A DNA stretch of 64,000 nt from a virus. Its lineage: Duplodnaviria > Caudoviricetes. Both the position numbers and the translations under genes were made by a program. Positions 35,964-44,947 of this stretch are shown piece after piece; position 1 is the first letter of the stretch; every line of letters begins with the position of its first letter. The stretch spans positions 24,865 to 88,864 of the IMG/VR virus record IMGVR_UViG_3300025382_000004. The stretch is one strand, 5' to 3'. The notes under the pieces are model-generated. The model did no database searches and was not told where the DNA came from. It was given only the letters and a program-made list of their open reading frames with translations.

Positions 35964-36700
35964 TAGTATCCGTCCAAAACGTTTTGACTATTGATAACTC
36001 TCATCTCTTGGAATGCCATTGTCAACATAGCAGATGTTGGTGCACCATCTTTAAAGGTGCTCCACTCTCCTGTTGGAGTATAATTAATATCAATACCCGT
36101 AAGAACACAACGTCCTATTTTAGGTATATTTTCATTTGGAGTTGCTGTACCATTTTCATCCAAGTACCAAAACTGAATTAAAAATTCTGATGGAGATAAG
36201 TATAGGCCGCCAGTGCTTAGAAACTCTGCTTGATTACCTACCGACCCAATATATCCTGTTTGTGGATCACTGGTACCTTCAACAAGAGTTGGAGAAGAAT
36301 ATTGTCGTAATGTTTGAACTATTAACTTTAATTGTCTTGATTCTTCTGGTGATTGTGGAGACATAATAAAACTAAATTGAAATCTACGTAGTGCGGTATC
36401 ACGATATAGCACCTCAACCTTAGAGTTTATAGCACCACCTGCGGCGCCTGCTACCGTTTGTATAAGTCCACCTATTGCACCAATAGCACCTGGAACAACA
36501 TAACCCATTTTCTTGTCAACATATTCGTGAGAGGTTTCCCACACCATATTTGACCCATTAATACCTCCAGGAACAAACAATGAAATTCCTGCCTGTGGTG
36601 AATTATCATTACCACGACCGACAGGCATTATAATCATATAATGGCCTTGTCTGGCGGATGTTAAATCTTCTGGAAACGATAAATTGAGAAAACCTGGCAT
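35963..36700 (-). CDS. 48: baseplate tail tube cap (gp48-like)
   Basis: N...EVLY....R.FQFSF...P.SPEES...CVLT.I..NY.P...L...F.E. Confidence 0.8.
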   Translation of the reverse strand: MPGFLNLSFPEDLTSARQGHYMIIMPVGRGNDNSPQAGISLFVPGGINGSNMVWETSHEYVDKKMGYVVPGAIGAIGGLIQTVAGAAGGAINSKVEVLYRDTALRRFQFSFIMSPQSPEESRQLKLIVQTLRQYSSPTLVEGTSDPQTGYIGSVGNQAEFLSTGGLYLSPSEFLIQFWYLDENGTATPNENIPKIGRCVLTGIDINYTPTGEWSTFKDGAPTSAMLTMAFQEMRVINSQNVLDGY

Positions 36701-36724
36701 TTATTCCTCCGGTATACCTAGATA

Positions 36725-36732
36725 CTATTTAT
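36725..36732 (-). promoter_or_regulatory. late promoter for the minus-strand baseplate operon
   Basis: ATAAATAG on the minus strand about 25 nt upstream of gene 48. Confidence 0.55.
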
Positions 36733-37174
36733 GGCACACTACAAGCAAGGTTTATTTAAGCCTGTGAATCCTAAAAAATATATCGGAGACCCTACCAACA
36801 TCGTATATAGGTCTGGATGGGAAAAGAGGGTAATGGATTGGTTAGACACCAACACCAATGTTGTCCGTTGGGGGTCGGAAGAGATAGTCATTCCGTATGT
36901 ATCACCCATAGATAATAAACTCCACCGATACTTTACGGACTTTTATGTGGAGGCGGTTGGGAGAGACGGTGAGACACGTAAGATGCTTTTAGAGGTCAAA
37001 CCAAAGGCCCAGACCCAAGAACCAAAAAGACCACAAAGGACTACTAAAAGGTATATTACCGAGGTGATGACTTACGGAGTTAATCAGGCTAAATGGAAGG
37101 CCGCAGAAGATTATTGCCGTCACAAAGGATGGGAATTTAGAGTTATAACGGAATCAGACCTATTCAAAAAGTGA
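36731..37174 (+). CDS. 4: head completion nuclease (gp4-like)
   Basis: G.FKP.NP.KY.GDPTNIVYRS.WE; HRYF.DF; NQAKW.AA. Confidence 0.93.
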   Translation: MAHYKQGLFKPVNPKKYIGDPTNIVYRSGWEKRVMDWLDTNTNVVRWGSEEIVIPYVSPIDNKLHRYFTDFYVEAVGRDGETRKMLLEVKPKAQTQEPKRPQRTTKRYITEVMTYGVNQAKWKAAEDYCRHKGWEFRVITESDLFKK

Positions 37175-37182
37175 TATAAATA
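37175..37182 (+). promoter_or_regulatory. late promoter TATAAATA
   Basis: Exact motif immediately before gene 2. Confidence 0.75.
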
Positions 37183-37188
37183 CAGGTT

Positions 37189-37698
37189 ATGGCAGAAAAA
37201 TATTCATCTAAAGACCTACAAAAGTGGTTATTTGATAAGGCCTTGGATGCTGCGTCACCAAAGGCTCGTAAACTGTTACTAGCATCCGATCAAAGAGGTC
37301 GTGATGATACTGTTATTGGAAAGTTATTCTTTTTTAAGTATGACCCGAAAGGGAAGGCGACACTAGCAAAGTATGATAAGTTTCCAATGGCATTTCCAAT
37401 TGAGATGTATGGAGATGGTTTTCTTGGTTTAAACCTACACTATCTTAGTATAGGTGAAAGACAATCTTTATTAGGTCAATTGATGAAGTTTCAAAATAAT
37501 AAATTATTTGATGAAACGACCAAACTAAAATTGAGTTATCAGTTATTACAAGGTTCAAGAAGATTAGAGTCCTTGGCAAAACCTTGTATCAAAAGATATC
37601 TTTATACACAGGTTAGGTCTCAGTTCATCGAGATCAACGTTGATGAGTTTGATAAAGCAATACAACTCCCAGTTGAAGATTGGGTATTCAAGAGGTAA
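37189..37698 (+). CDS. 2: DNA end protector (gp2-like)
   Basis: G.LFFF.YDPK...YD.FP...GF.GLNLHYL. Confidence 0.9.
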   Translation: MAEKYSSKDLQKWLFDKALDAASPKARKLLLASDQRGRDDTVIGKLFFFKYDPKGKATLAKYDKFPMAFPIEMYGDGFLGLNLHYLSIGERQSLLGQLMKFQNNKLFDETTKLKLSYQLLQGSRRLESLAKPCIKRYLYTQVRSQFIEINVDEFDKAIQLPVEDWVFKR

Positions 37699-37700
37699 AA

Positions 37701-38555
37701 ATGGCAGTCGATAATACAGTAACAGGTACTCCAGGACCTTCATATAACACACCGTTTTTTGGTGCATTTCCTACTATGGAATATGATATTAATAATACTG
37801 TTACTTATTTAATAGGTCCTCACGAAACCGTAACCGATATTTTCTTTCGTTTTGGTATTCTCAAAAAAATTATTAATAATACATCAGCATATTATGTTTA
37901 TGATGTATTGGATTCCGATACACCAGAATTATTAGCAGAAAAGATTTATGGTGACGTTGGTGCTGGTTGGATTATATTATATGCCAATAAAATTTCAGAT
38001 GCACAATTTGACTGGACTTTACAATATGATGCCTTCCAAAAAATGATTAACGACAAATATGGTTCAGTAGATTGGGCACAGGCGAATATACATCATTGTG
38101 AAATGGTTATTGAAAGAACCAATGAATTTTATGGAACAACAAGCACAACAACTTTTGTTATTGATGAAACTCGTTTAACAAATAATTTTCCAAATGTTCC
38201 TTATGCTTATTTTACTCCTTGGACCGTTACGACACATAGAACCTCTGATAGTAATGTATTTACCGCAGATGACGATAACAGGCCATATTTGACCGCCGAT
38301 TTGACTTACGATGATCTCGTAACAGTTTCTAGATCAGGTTCTATACCTCTCATCCAAGGTACACAAACTTATCAAATTGATGGTAAAACAATAGTTGAAA
38401 CAACATCAGGTCAGAGAATTTCATATTATGATTATGAATTAAAACTAAATGATGATAAAAGAATTATTAAAATTATTAAACCGGAATATTATCCGCAAAT
38501 TATGGCAGAATTCAAAAAACTTACAAATGCTACAACATCATATTTGAGGAAATAA
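37701..38555 (+). CDS. 53: baseplate wedge protein (gp53-like)
   Basis: F..FP..EY...TDIF.R...Y...D.DTPE.LA.K.YG...W.IL..N; Y.YE...N..KR.I. Confidence 0.88.
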   Translation: MAVDNTVTGTPGPSYNTPFFGAFPTMEYDINNTVTYLIGPHETVTDIFFRFGILKKIINNTSAYYVYDVLDSDTPELLAEKIYGDVGAGWIILYANKISDAQFDWTLQYDAFQKMINDKYGSVDWAQANIHHCEMVIERTNEFYGTTSTTTFVIDETRLTNNFPNVPYAYFTPWTVTTHRTSDSNVFTADDDNRPYLTADLTYDDLVTVSRSGSIPLIQGTQTYQIDGKTIVETTSGQRISYYDYELKLNDDKRIIKIIKPEYYPQIMAEFKKLTNATTSYLRK

Positions 38556-38561
38556 TATAAT

Positions 38562-39728
38562 ATGACATTTCAAGGAACTTATGAAGGCCGTTTGGTTGAT
38601 GCAAGAATTGGAATAGGCGGTGTGATTTTTGCTGATATTACAGTCAAAGAAATCATACTTGGTGAAAGCTTAACAACACCTGGACTTCAAACTGCTATAA
38701 CTCTACAATCTTTTATATATAGCAAAATATCTAAAAATTTAGATCAATATAAAGACCAAACAATCACCATCGATCTCCAAACAAAAGATGGTAGTAATAC
38801 AATGTTTGTTAGTCAGCAAGTATATAGAATTGATAACAGACATTTTGAACCTATTAATATAGGTCAAACCGAAGAATTTACTGTCCATGCCTGTGATCAA
38901 AGTTTACTCAATGATGCTCAATCTTTAGTTTCAAAGTCTTGGAAATGTACCACACCCGATAAAATCGTTAATTATGTTTTAAGTTCATGTGCTGGTGCTA
39001 CAAGAACGGTCATTGATTCTGCTTCGCCTGCTAGAGATTATATGGCAGACAATATACATCCATTCCAGGTGGTAGCACAACAATGTAATGTCGCATTAGA
39101 TGGCAATGATCCATCATTTTTACATTATATGACTTATGAAAATGGAGGCACACATTATTTTAGATCATTAAACTATTTGAGAAACCAAGGTCCTGTTCAA
39201 ACATTTTATCACTCAGAAGGTAATAACGATCTTTCAAATCCAAATCGTGCTATTATGTTTAGTTTTCCTTGTGACTTTGACTATCTATCTGATCTTCTTA
39301 ATGGTGTTGATAAAAATGGTAATCCTATTAATACCGTCACAGCATGGAATCCAGTAAGTTATAATGTAAATCTACATGGAGGTAATGTTGGTGGATGTGG
39401 TATAGGAAGTGGTAATCATAAAACTGCAATAACCAATAAAGGCACAGCACAACAACAAGACGGTTGTGAGATAGATGTTGAAGAATGGTTATTACTTAGA
39501 CAGGCTAGAATGGGTCTATTAGAAAAAGATAAGACCGCATTAAGAATTACCGTTCCATGGAATCCAAATTTACACGTTGGTAATGTTATTGGTTTAAGTT
39601 GGACAAATAAATATAATAATGCTCCGGTCTATGGTGCCGGTAACTATGTAATCGCAGCAATGACTCACAATATACAGTTTGGTGGTTTTGCTACGACCAC
39701 GATGGATTGTATCAAACGAGTTTATTAG
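38562..39728 (+). CDS. probable baseplate hub protein (gp27-like)
   Basis: Position after gene 53; I.VP.NP.LHVG.VI...G.YVI...H...TT.DC C-terminus. Confidence 0.55.
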   Translation: MTFQGTYEGRLVDARIGIGGVIFADITVKEIILGESLTTPGLQTAITLQSFIYSKISKNLDQYKDQTITIDLQTKDGSNTMFVSQQVYRIDNRHFEPINIGQTEEFTVHACDQSLLNDAQSLVSKSWKCTTPDKIVNYVLSSCAGATRTVIDSASPARDYMADNIHPFQVVAQQCNVALDGNDPSFLHYMTYENGGTHYFRSLNYLRNQGPVQTFYHSEGNNDLSNPNRAIMFSFPCDFDYLSDLLNGVDKNGNPINTVTAWNPVSYNVNLHGGNVGGCGIGSGNHKTAITNKGTAQQQDGCEIDVEEWLLLRQARMGLLEKDKTALRITVPWNPNLHVGNVIGLSWTNKYNNAPVYGAGNYVIAAMTHNIQFGGFATTTMDCIKRVY

Positions 39729-39738
39729 GGAATATAAA

Positions 39739-41130
39739 ATGTCACAGAATGATCTTCAGGGACAAATAAAAGTTGGTGTAGTTAATAGAGGTTTTAAAGG
39801 TGATACACCTGTTGATCAATCATTGAACCACGGTGTAAGAGACATAAACGCTGGCCCAGATGTGAAGGATCCAGATTGTGGTTTCTGGCCTCTAAGTATA
39901 AACCCTTCACAAGGTAGTGCGTGTGAGTTTGGCGGCGGAATGGATCCTGCACAACTTGTATATTATATAAAAAATGCAGGTCAGACCGGTGGAATTATAT
40001 TAGGTTTAGCAAATGCTATTAAAAATGGTGGATCTGGTGGTGCAGGTGGTGGTCAAAGCCTTTTAGGTGATGCTGTTCAAGAACTTATGAATACCACTAT
40101 TGGTATTAATATTCCTCCACAAATACAAGAAACCACCGAAAGAGGTGCCAAGGTACGTACCATTAAAGAAAAAGGCCAGCAACATAGCACAGGTTTATTA
40201 GACGGTCTTCCTTTACATGGCGCTCTTTTTAATATGTCTGGATTTAGATTACCAGCAGTTAAAAAAGTACCTACTGCCAGACAAACTAATGACCAGATGA
40301 TGACGATGGATGTGTTTAATCAGTTGTCTGGTCAAATTATGTCTCTTGCTCAAATGTTCCAAGGTCTTATGCAGAATGGATCTGGTGGTGGAACTGGTGG
40401 TGCCTCTGCCGCACAGGCCGGAGGACTAGGTAACGGTCAAAGTTATTGGCAAGATATACATGATAAATTGACTCCTAATATGTCTGCTGCTCTAAACAGT
40501 CTTTCAACACTCATACAAGGACATGAGACAGACAATGGTGTTGGTTATGTTACAGGTAATGTTGTTCATTATGGTATCTACTTAGAAAATGCAACGGCAT
40601 TATTAAGTCAGGCGCAGTCAATAGACGATCTTATGAACGTCCTTAGTCAGCTACAATGGGATACCTCCATTATGGGCCACGATGCCCTAGATAATGTTGT
40701 TGTTCAAATTGAAAATGCTTGGGGTACCGCATTACAAGAAGTTGACTATAACGGAACAATTACCGTTTCATATGCTAATGCAAATGCTCAGATGAACTTT
40801 GCTAATAGTATGAGTAACACCACATATGCCAGTGCGGCATCTTCTTCTCCTGCACCTCCTCCTTATTTTGGTGGTGGTAATCAAGGTGGTGGTAGTGGCG
40901 CCAATGTTGGTCAAATAGCAGGTCAAGTTCAAAGTCTTATGGGCCAGTTGTTTGGTAAAAGTTCCGGCACATTGCAAGATATGTGGAAAAGACTAGCACC
41001 TTCTGGCGAACAAACCGCTAAACAAATGCACGAAAAATTAACACAACAACAAGAAGCACAAAAACAGAAACAAGTAAATGATGCTACGACAAAAAACCAA
41101 GGAGATCCTTTCTCCGTCTTTACGCAATAG
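39739..41130 (+). CDS. baseplate protein, N-terminus resembling the gp5/VgrG OB-fold
   Basis: VGVV...W...G....V......G.GIILG; position before the beta-helix gene. Confidence 0.4.
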   Translation: MSQNDLQGQIKVGVVNRGFKGDTPVDQSLNHGVRDINAGPDVKDPDCGFWPLSINPSQGSACEFGGGMDPAQLVYYIKNAGQTGGIILGLANAIKNGGSGGAGGGQSLLGDAVQELMNTTIGINIPPQIQETTERGAKVRTIKEKGQQHSTGLLDGLPLHGALFNMSGFRLPAVKKVPTARQTNDQMMTMDVFNQLSGQIMSLAQMFQGLMQNGSGGGTGGASAAQAGGLGNGQSYWQDIHDKLTPNMSAALNSLSTLIQGHETDNGVGYVTGNVVHYGIYLENATALLSQAQSIDDLMNVLSQLQWDTSIMGHDALDNVVVQIENAWGTALQEVDYNGTITVSYANANAQMNFANSMSNTTYASAASSSPAPPPYFGGGNQGGGSGANVGQIAGQVQSLMGQLFGKSSGTLQDMWKRLAPSGEQTAKQMHEKLTQQQEAQKQKQVNDATTKNQGDPFSVFTQ

Positions 41131-41141
41131 GGAATTAAAAA

Positions 41142-42431
41142 ATGGCAGAATTACAAGCGAGTGTGTTTACAGCAGGAGGAGACTCCTTCAATACTAATGA
41201 AGATGGCCTAGGCACACCAAGAGCATTTGATGTTGATCAAGATGCAAATTCTCAAAAAGGTGCGGGAACTTACCCAAACTACTGGGGTCGTAAAGATCGT
41301 GCAGGAAACTGGTTTTCAATGGATGCTTCTGAAGGTAATGAGACAATAACCTTACAACACAGAAGCGGTTCATCAGTTCAGTTCCGTCCGGATGGTGGTT
41401 TGTTGATGACAACGCACAACGGTAAATATGAGGTTGTGTTTGGTGAGAATCGTGTAACCATTTCAGGTGCCCACGACATCACAGTAAAAGGTGACACATC
41501 TATGCGTGTATATGGAAACAATAATATGACCGTTCACGGCGATCATAATATGACCATTATGGGCGATTATAATATCACAGCAAAGAATATAAACTATTCT
41601 GTCCGTGGTAATATAGACACAGAGGCCAAGAATATCAATACTAGAGTAGAAGGTTCTGGTACTTATAACTATCTTGGTGGTGTTTCTACGGTTTCCAAAG
41701 GTAATATGACCACAATGTCTACTGCTGGTAATAGATATGATGGTGCTGGTAAAGACCATCATACAAAAGCAAAGAGCAATAAAACCACACAGGTTGGTAA
41801 AAATGAAACACACATTGTAAATAATAAATTTGAATTTAGTCTAACAGGTGGTCCAGTATCGGGACCTTCACAGGCTAAACGCAAATATGGAGCAAGTTCT
41901 AATCAATCAGCAGTTTATCAACAAACTATTGATCAAAATGGTGAAAAAATCAATAATACTAAGGATTCTAAACTTAAAGTTGGTGGTGATACTGAAAATC
42001 AACATGGTGGTGATCTAAAAGAAAAGATCACTGGTAAGAAACAAACACAGGCTATGATGGGTATTGAAGCGGAATCTCAAGCAAACTATGTTATTAAAGC
42101 ATTGTCTAATTTACAGGCCACTGCTGGCGCCTCGATGGATATGAGAGCACCTTCAGGTCAGGCATCATTTGCTGGTGCATCTACGGTTGTTAATGCTTTA
42201 TCTGGTGCTTTAGGTATAGCAGGCGCCGCAGGTGTTAACCTAGATTCCTTAGGTTCTTTACTCAATCTTAATGGTGGTATTGCATCAATTGTTTCCGCGT
42301 TGGGCCTTCAGTTAAGTTTTGATTTTGGTGATATAACTTCAAATATTCAATTACCAGATATCACAGGTGCCCAGGCGGATCAACCACAAGAAGAGCCTGA
42401 TTTAACCAGTGAAATATCTAGTTGGTTGTAA
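41142..42431 (+). CDS. central spike beta-helix protein (gp5 C-terminal-like), no lysozyme domain seen
   Basis: D...GNE.I.L.HRSGS..Q...DG; V.G repeat strands. Confidence 0.75.
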   Translation: MAELQASVFTAGGDSFNTNEDGLGTPRAFDVDQDANSQKGAGTYPNYWGRKDRAGNWFSMDASEGNETITLQHRSGSSVQFRPDGGLLMTTHNGKYEVVFGENRVTISGAHDITVKGDTSMRVYGNNNMTVHGDHNMTIMGDYNITAKNINYSVRGNIDTEAKNINTRVEGSGTYNYLGGVSTVSKGNMTTMSTAGNRYDGAGKDHHTKAKSNKTTQVGKNETHIVNNKFEFSLTGGPVSGPSQAKRKYGASSNQSAVYQQTIDQNGEKINNTKDSKLKVGGDTENQHGGDLKEKITGKKQTQAMMGIEAESQANYVIKALSNLQATAGASMDMRAPSGQASFAGASTVVNALSGALGIAGAAGVNLDSLGSLLNLNGGIASIVSALGLQLSFDFGDITSNIQLPDITGAQADQPQEEPDLTSEISSWL

Positions 42432-42432
42432 G

Positions 42433-42439
42433 CTAAATA
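42433..42439 (+). promoter_or_regulatory. late promoter CTAAATA
   Basis: Intergenic, upstream of gene 25. Confidence 0.7.
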
Positions 42440-42460
42440 AGGAAACGCTAAAGGACCGCT

Positions 42461-42868
42461 ATGGCAGTATCTCCATTTGTAAATAGGGAACCAGACTACT
42501 CAGACCTAGACCTGGATTTTACCAGGAATCCTGCAACTGGTGATGTAAATATATTATATGGACAACAAGATATTAAAAGGTCTGTCCGCAATCTAGTATT
42601 GACCAACTATTATGAAAGAAAGTTTCAATCTACGGTTGGTTCAGATGTTTCTTCTCTACTATTTGAGAATTTTACACCTTTAACATCAGTTTTTATACAA
42701 AATGCCATAATAGCATTGATAAATAACTTTGAACCTAGGGTAAAATTACAAAGTGTAGCAGTATCCGAAGATATTGATAATTACGGTTTTAACGTTACAA
42801 TACAATATATTATATTAAACAGGAATTTACCTGTAACATCAACATTATTCTTAGAGAGAATCCGATAA
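42461..42868 (+). CDS. 25: baseplate wedge subunit (gp25-like)
   Basis: YSDLDL.F..NP.TGD...IKRSVRNLVLTN..ER; FEPRV. Confidence 0.93.
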   Translation: MAVSPFVNREPDYSDLDLDFTRNPATGDVNILYGQQDIKRSVRNLVLTNYYERKFQSTVGSDVSSLLFENFTPLTSVFIQNAIIALINNFEPRVKLQSVAVSEDIDNYGFNVTIQYIILNRNLPVTSTLFLERIR

Positions 42869-44947
42869 ATGGCAACCGGTAACACTTCACTTAGGGTCAC
42901 GGAATTAGATTTTAATTCTATCAAGAACAATCTGATCCAATATTTACAAAGTCAAAGCACTTTCAGTGACTATAATTTCCAAGGTTCTGGTATGTCCGTT
43001 CTATTGGACATTTTGGCCTATAATACCTACTATAATGCTTTCTATTTAAATATGGTGGTCAATGAAGCATTTCTAGACACTGCACAAGATCGTAAAAACA
43101 TTCTCTCACACGCCAAGCTGATTAACTATGTTCCCAATTCTTCACACGGCGCCCAGTCATTATTAAATTTAAAGATCACACCATCTAACGGTGAAAATAC
43201 AGATGTTAATTATATTATTCTAGACGAATATACAAGACTTGTTGGTGCTGATATCAACGGCGTTAATTATCCATTTGCTACCGTCAATGCTAATACTTCA
43301 TATAAGGTAAATGGATCATTTACATTTGCAAACGTAGTGATTAGACAAGGCGAGGTTATTACTAACCAGTTTATTATTGATGCTAATAATGTCACAGGCC
43401 GATATCAAATTCCTTCTTCTAATGTAGATACTGATACTTTGGTGGTTGTTGTTCAAGAATCCACATCCAATACAAAAACAACTCAATATTTCCTTGCTCA
43501 AGATTTGACAGAAATTCAAGCAAATTCAACCGTATATTTCCTGGAAGAAGATCAAGATTTGAGATATACAATTTACTTTGGTGATGATGTATTAGGTAAA
43601 AAGCCTGCTAATGGAAATATTGTGCAAGTTACTTATCTAGATACGGTTGGTTCTGTTGCCAATGGTATTCAAAAATATGTTTTCACAGATCCTATTGCTG
43701 GATTATTTAAAAATAATGTAAAAATTACTGTTACACAAGGTTCATATGGTGGCACAGATAAAGAAGATATTGAAGCAATTCGTTTTCGTGCTCCATATTT
43801 CTATACTGCACAAAATCGTTGTGTAACAACCAACGATTATGAGTCTATTGTTACAAAAGACTTTCCAGATATTCAGGCCGTTTCGGTCTGGGGTGGAGAA
43901 TCAAATGTGCCGCCAGTTTATGGAAAAGTTTATATGTCTTTAAAAACCAGAGGATATTATAAACTAACGGCACTTGAAAAACAAAATATTAAAAATTCAT
44001 TAGTGACAAATAGAAATGTATTAACGGTTGTTCCTGAAATTGTTGATCCAGAATATATTTTTATCCTTGTAGGCGGAAATGTTTATTACAATCCATCATT
44101 AACAACTCAAACAGAAACATACATATTAAACGAAGTTAAAAATTCTATTTTTAATTATGCTGAAAATTCATTATATAATTTTAACTCAACATTCGTTTTA
44201 TCACAATTGCAGCAATATATTGAAAACTCTGATGGTTCTATTACAGCATCGGATGTTTTAATTTATTTGCAAAACAGAGTTCAATTGTTTCCTGGTACAA
44301 CACAATCATATATTATTAATTTTAACACACCTCTTAGAAAAGGTGACCAATATCAAAAAATATATACCTATCCTCAAATATCGGTTTTGGATACTACAGG
44401 TGTAACAAGACAAGTTTTATTTGAAGAAGTTCCTAATGCTTATACGGGAGTTGAATCTGTTAATGTTGTTAATTCTGGATATGGTTATTCTAGCACCCCT
44501 ATTATTACCATTAGTGGTGATGGTACTGGTGCTACAGCCGAAGCAGTTGTTGTTAATGGAAGAATAAGATCGGTAAAAGTTACCAATTCTGGAATAAATT
44601 ATTCTTTGGCCACTGTTAGCATTACCGATCCTAGTGGTGTAGAAGCATCATTAACAATATCTTTGAGTTCTAATTATGGTAAATTAAGAACATATTATTA
44701 TCAGTCAAATGGTCAAAAAGTTTATGTAAATGAAAATGCAGGAACTATTGATTATCTCAAAGGAATTGTTACTTTGTCAAGCTTAGAATTATTATCGGTA
44801 GCACTAAATCCATTTTATGATGAAAATATATTAACGTTTAACGTTGTTCCGGAACTATCAGTTATTACACCTCTAAGAAATAGATTGCTGGTAATTGATA
44901 CAAATAATGGCCAGGCCATCCAATTAAATATGGTTCCACAAACATAA
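42869..44947 (+). CDS. 6: baseplate wedge subunit (gp6-like)
   Basis: ELDF..IK.NL...F.DYNF.GSG.SVLLD.LAYNT.YNA; QNR.VT..DY. Confidence 0.95.
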   Translation: MATGNTSLRVTELDFNSIKNNLIQYLQSQSTFSDYNFQGSGMSVLLDILAYNTYYNAFYLNMVVNEAFLDTAQDRKNILSHAKLINYVPNSSHGAQSLLNLKITPSNGENTDVNYIILDEYTRLVGADINGVNYPFATVNANTSYKVNGSFTFANVVIRQGEVITNQFIIDANNVTGRYQIPSSNVDTDTLVVVVQESTSNTKTTQYFLAQDLTEIQANSTVYFLEEDQDLRYTIYFGDDVLGKKPANGNIVQVTYLDTVGSVANGIQKYVFTDPIAGLFKNNVKITVTQGSYGGTDKEDIEAIRFRAPYFYTAQNRCVTTNDYESIVTKDFPDIQAVSVWGGESNVPPVYGKVYMSLKTRGYYKLTALEKQNIKNSLVTNRNVLTVVPEIVDPEYIFILVGGNVYYNPSLTTQTETYILNEVKNSIFNYAENSLYNFNSTFVLSQLQQYIENSDGSITASDVLIYLQNRVQLFPGTTQSYIINFNTPLRKGDQYQKIYTYPQISVLDTTGVTRQVLFEEVPNAYTGVESVNVVNSGYGYSSTPIITISGDGTGATAEAVVVNGRIRSVKVTNSGINYSLATVSITDPSGVEASLTISLSSNYGKLRTYYYQSNGQKVYVNENAGTIDYLKGIVTLSSLELLSVALNPFYDENILTFNVVPELSVITPLRNRLLVIDTNNGQAIQLNMVPQT

